A stretch of DNA of 32,000 nucleotides from Amycolatopsis sp. CA-128772. GTDB taxonomy: Bacteria > Actinomycetota > Actinomycetes > Mycobacteriales > Pseudonocardiaceae. The position numbers and the translations under genes were made by a program. The stretch is taken from contig NZ_PPHG01000085.1 in NCBI RefSeq assembly GCF_002904295.1, positions 22,047 to 54,046 of the forward strand, in the 5' to 3' direction. Positions 30,218-32,000 of this stretch are shown here, piece by piece (position 1 is the stretch's first letter; every line of letters starts with the position of its first letter). A model generated the notes under the pieces. The model worked only from the letters and a program-made list of their open reading frames with translations. It ran no database searches and was not told the DNA's origin.

Positions 30218-31417
30218 GTGACGGCAGTACCCGCAACCCCGGCCCTCCCGACGACCCGACCGGCCGGCTGCCCGTTCGACCCGCCCGAGGACTACGCCAC
30301 CCGCCGGGAAACCGCACCGACGTCGCCGGTGCGGTGCCCGGCGGGCATGGACGCGGTCCTGGTGACCCGCTACGCCGACGTCCGCGCGGTGCTCGCCGAC
30401 CGCACGATGAGCTCGCGCGGCGCGTCGTCGGTGCACGTGAACCCGGACGCCGACCTCGGCGAGGCGGTCAGCCCGGGCTCGATCATCCAGCTCGACGGCG
30501 AGGCCCACGCCCGGCTGCGCAAGAAGGTGATCGCCGAGTTCACCGTGCGGCGCGTCGAGGCGATGCGCGCGTACGTCCAGGAGCTGGTGGACGGCCACCT
30601 CGACGCGATGCTCGCGAAGCCGGGCCGGGCGGACCTGGTGCAGGACTTCGCGCTGCCGATCCCGTCGCTGGTGATCTGCGAGCTGCTCGGCGTCCCGTAC
30701 GCGGACCGGTCCCGCTTCCAGACGCAGAGCTCGACGCTGGTCAGCACCGACGCCACGCGCGAGGAAAAGGGGCGGGCCAACGACGAGCTGTCCGGCTACC
30801 TGGCGGAGCTGTTCACGGAGAAGCAGCGGAATCCGCAGGAGGACCTGTTCAGCAGGCTGATTTCCCGCAGTGCCGCCGACCCGCTGACGATGGAGGAGCT
30901 GGTCGTCCTCGGCTTGAGCCTGCTGGTCGCCGGCCACGAGACGACGGCGAACATGATCGCGTTGAGCACCCTGGTGCTGCTGGAGCACCCCGGGGAGCGG
31001 GAGGCCGTGCTCGCGGCGCCGGAACGGGCGGTGGAGGAGCTGCTGCGGTACCTGTCGGTGGTGCAGTTCGGGGTGCTGCGGTACGCGACCGCGGACGCCC
31101 GGGTCGGGTCGCGGGAGGTGCGCGCGGGGGAGTGGCTCGTGGCCGCGTTGAACTCCGCGAACCGCGACGAGGAGGTGTTCACGGGCGCGGACGAGCTGGA
31201 GTTCGGCCGCGAGTCGCCGCGGACGCACGTCGCGTTCGGGTTCGGGGCGCACCAGTGCATCGGGCAGCAGCTGGCCCGGGTGGAGCTGCAGGAGGCGTTG
31301 ACGCGGTTGTTCCGCCGGGTGCCGGGGCTGCGGCTGGCGGTGCCCCGGGAGTCGTTGGCGTACAAGCACAACACGCTGGTGTACGGCGTCCGGGAGCTGC
31401 CGGTGGCCTGGGGGTGA
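30218..31417 (+). CDS. cytochrome P450
   Basis: I-helix LLVAGHETTAN, ExxR (VEELLRY), and heme-binding loop FGFGAHQCIGQQLA. 399 aa from GTG 30218. Confidence 0.9.
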   Translation: MTAVPATPALPTTRPAGCPFDPPEDYATRRETAPTSPVRCPAGMDAVLVTRYADVRAVLADRTMSSRGASSVHVNPDADLGEAVSPGSIIQLDGEAHARLRKKVIAEFTVRRVEAMRAYVQELVDGHLDAMLAKPGRADLVQDFALPIPSLVICELLGVPYADRSRFQTQSSTLVSTDATREEKGRANDELSGYLAELFTEKQRNPQEDLFSRLISRSAADPLTMEELVVLGLSLLVAGHETTANMIALSTLVLLEHPGEREAVLAAPERAVEELLRYLSVVQFGVLRYATADARVGSREVRAGEWLVAALNSANRDEEVFTGADELEFGRESPRTHVAFGFGAHQCIGQQLARVELQEALTRLFRRVPGLRLAVPRESLAYKHNTLVYGVRELPVAWG

Positions 31418-31439
31418 GTACGGTGAGGCCGTGAAGCCG

Positions 31440-32000
31440 ATGCCCGCCCGCCGGCTCTGGGCCGCCGTGGAGCCGTTGCACGCCGTCGTCTACTTCGCGC
31501 CCGAGACGGCCGAAGCGGCGAAGGCCGTCGGCTTGCGCGGGTACTGGATGGGCTACTTCGCCGGGCGCCTGGCGCCGCTCGGCCCGATCGGCCCGGAGCC
31601 GGCGACGGCGGTGCTGTTCGGCTTCGCGCCGGCGATGGTGGCGCGGGCGCTGCCGGACGCGTGGTCGTTCGCCGCGCCCGCGGACGTCGTCCGGACCCGG
31701 CTCGCGGCGGTGTCGTCGGCGTTGCGGCGCGCTCTCGGGGCCGGCCACGAGGAGCTGGTGGCCCTCCTGGAGCGCGCGGCGGACGCGTGCCGGTTCGACA
31801 GCCGTCCGCTGGCGGCGGCCTGGGCGGCCGTGCCGAAGCCGGCGGACCCGCTCGGCCGCCTGTGGCTGGCGGCGACGGTCCTGCGCGAGCACCGCGGCGA
31901 CGGCCACGTCCTGGCGGCGGTCCACGCGGGCCTCGGCGGCTTGGAGACCACTCTCACCCACATCGGTGACGGAGTGCTCCGCCAGGCGGATGTCGAACCC
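31440..32000 (+). CDS. conserved actinobacterial hypothetical protein, partial (resembles what I recall being named the 'SCO6745 family')
   Basis: Not in the track because it is open at the window end. From ATG 31440 (GGTGAGG about 11 nt upstream) the frame reads MPARRLWAAVEPLHAVVYFAPETAEAAKAVGLRGYWMGYFAGRLAPLGPIGPEPATAVLFGFAP... and stays open to 32000 with high GC3. The antisense track ORFs here are Arg/Pro-rich artefacts. Confidence 0.55.
   Translation, partial: MPARRLWAAVEPLHAVVYFAPETAEAAKAVGLRGYWMGYFAGRLAPLGPIGPEPATAVLFGFAPAMVARALPDAWSFAAPADVVRTRLAAVSSALRRALGAGHEELVALLERAADACRFDSRPLAAAWAAVPKPADPLGRLWLAATVLREHRGDGHVLAAVHAGLGGLETTLTHIGDGVLRQADVEP

Noticed and set aside
29389-31417. SDR + P450 pair as tailoring enzymes of the fluorometabolite cluster
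   Set aside because: They are separated from the core by an XRE regulator and an unrelated secreted lectin gene on the opposite strand. No known fluorometabolite step requires them. I treated them as neighbours and mention them only under cluster-boundary uncertainty.

Overview
Very GC-rich actinobacterial DNA with strong third-position GC bias. Most long antisense or alternative-frame ORFs in the track are therefore artefacts, and I support about 31 real genes. All homology calls come from reading the translations and from memory of the families; no searches were run.

Left part (1-12.6 kb), ordinary accessory and housekeeping genes:
- a siderophore-interacting-protein fragment
- a UvrA-like ABC ATPase with a divergent TetR regulator
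- a five-gene minus-strand operon joined by GTGA start/stop overlaps (MBL hydrolase, DedA, membrane alkaline-phosphatase-family enzyme, monothiol glutaredoxin-like protein, methyltransferase)
- a bifunctional germacradienol/geosmin synthase
- a small GNAT-like protein, a streptogrisin-type S1 protease and a class I methyltransferase

Centre (about 12.7-26.5 kb), the headline result: a compact organofluorine (fluorinase) biosynthetic gene cluster. Its genes are:
- fluorinase (FlA-like, 15495-16391) and 5'-FDA phosphorylase (FlB/MTAP-like)
- SAH hydrolase, a cluster-situated SAM synthetase and adenine phosphoribosyltransferase
- a cation:proton antiporter (FlH-like)
- two paralogous LuxR-type response regulators with degenerate receiver domains, the second translationally coupled to a DUF190 protein (FlJ-like)
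- an EamA exporter (FthC-like) and an MtnA-like 5-FDRP isomerase
- a fused SHMT-like/class II aldolase 4-fluorothreonine transaldolase
- a YbaK-like aminoacyl-tRNA deacylase (FthB-like)

No FlK-type thioesterase, stand-alone 5-FDRulP aldolase or fluoroacetaldehyde dehydrogenase is present in the window.

Right part: a small orphan protein, an XRE-cupin regulator, a secreted ricin-lectin/discoidin multidomain protein, an SDR, a cytochrome P450 and a partial conserved hypothetical. I found no tRNA or rRNA genes, CRISPR arrays or transposases.
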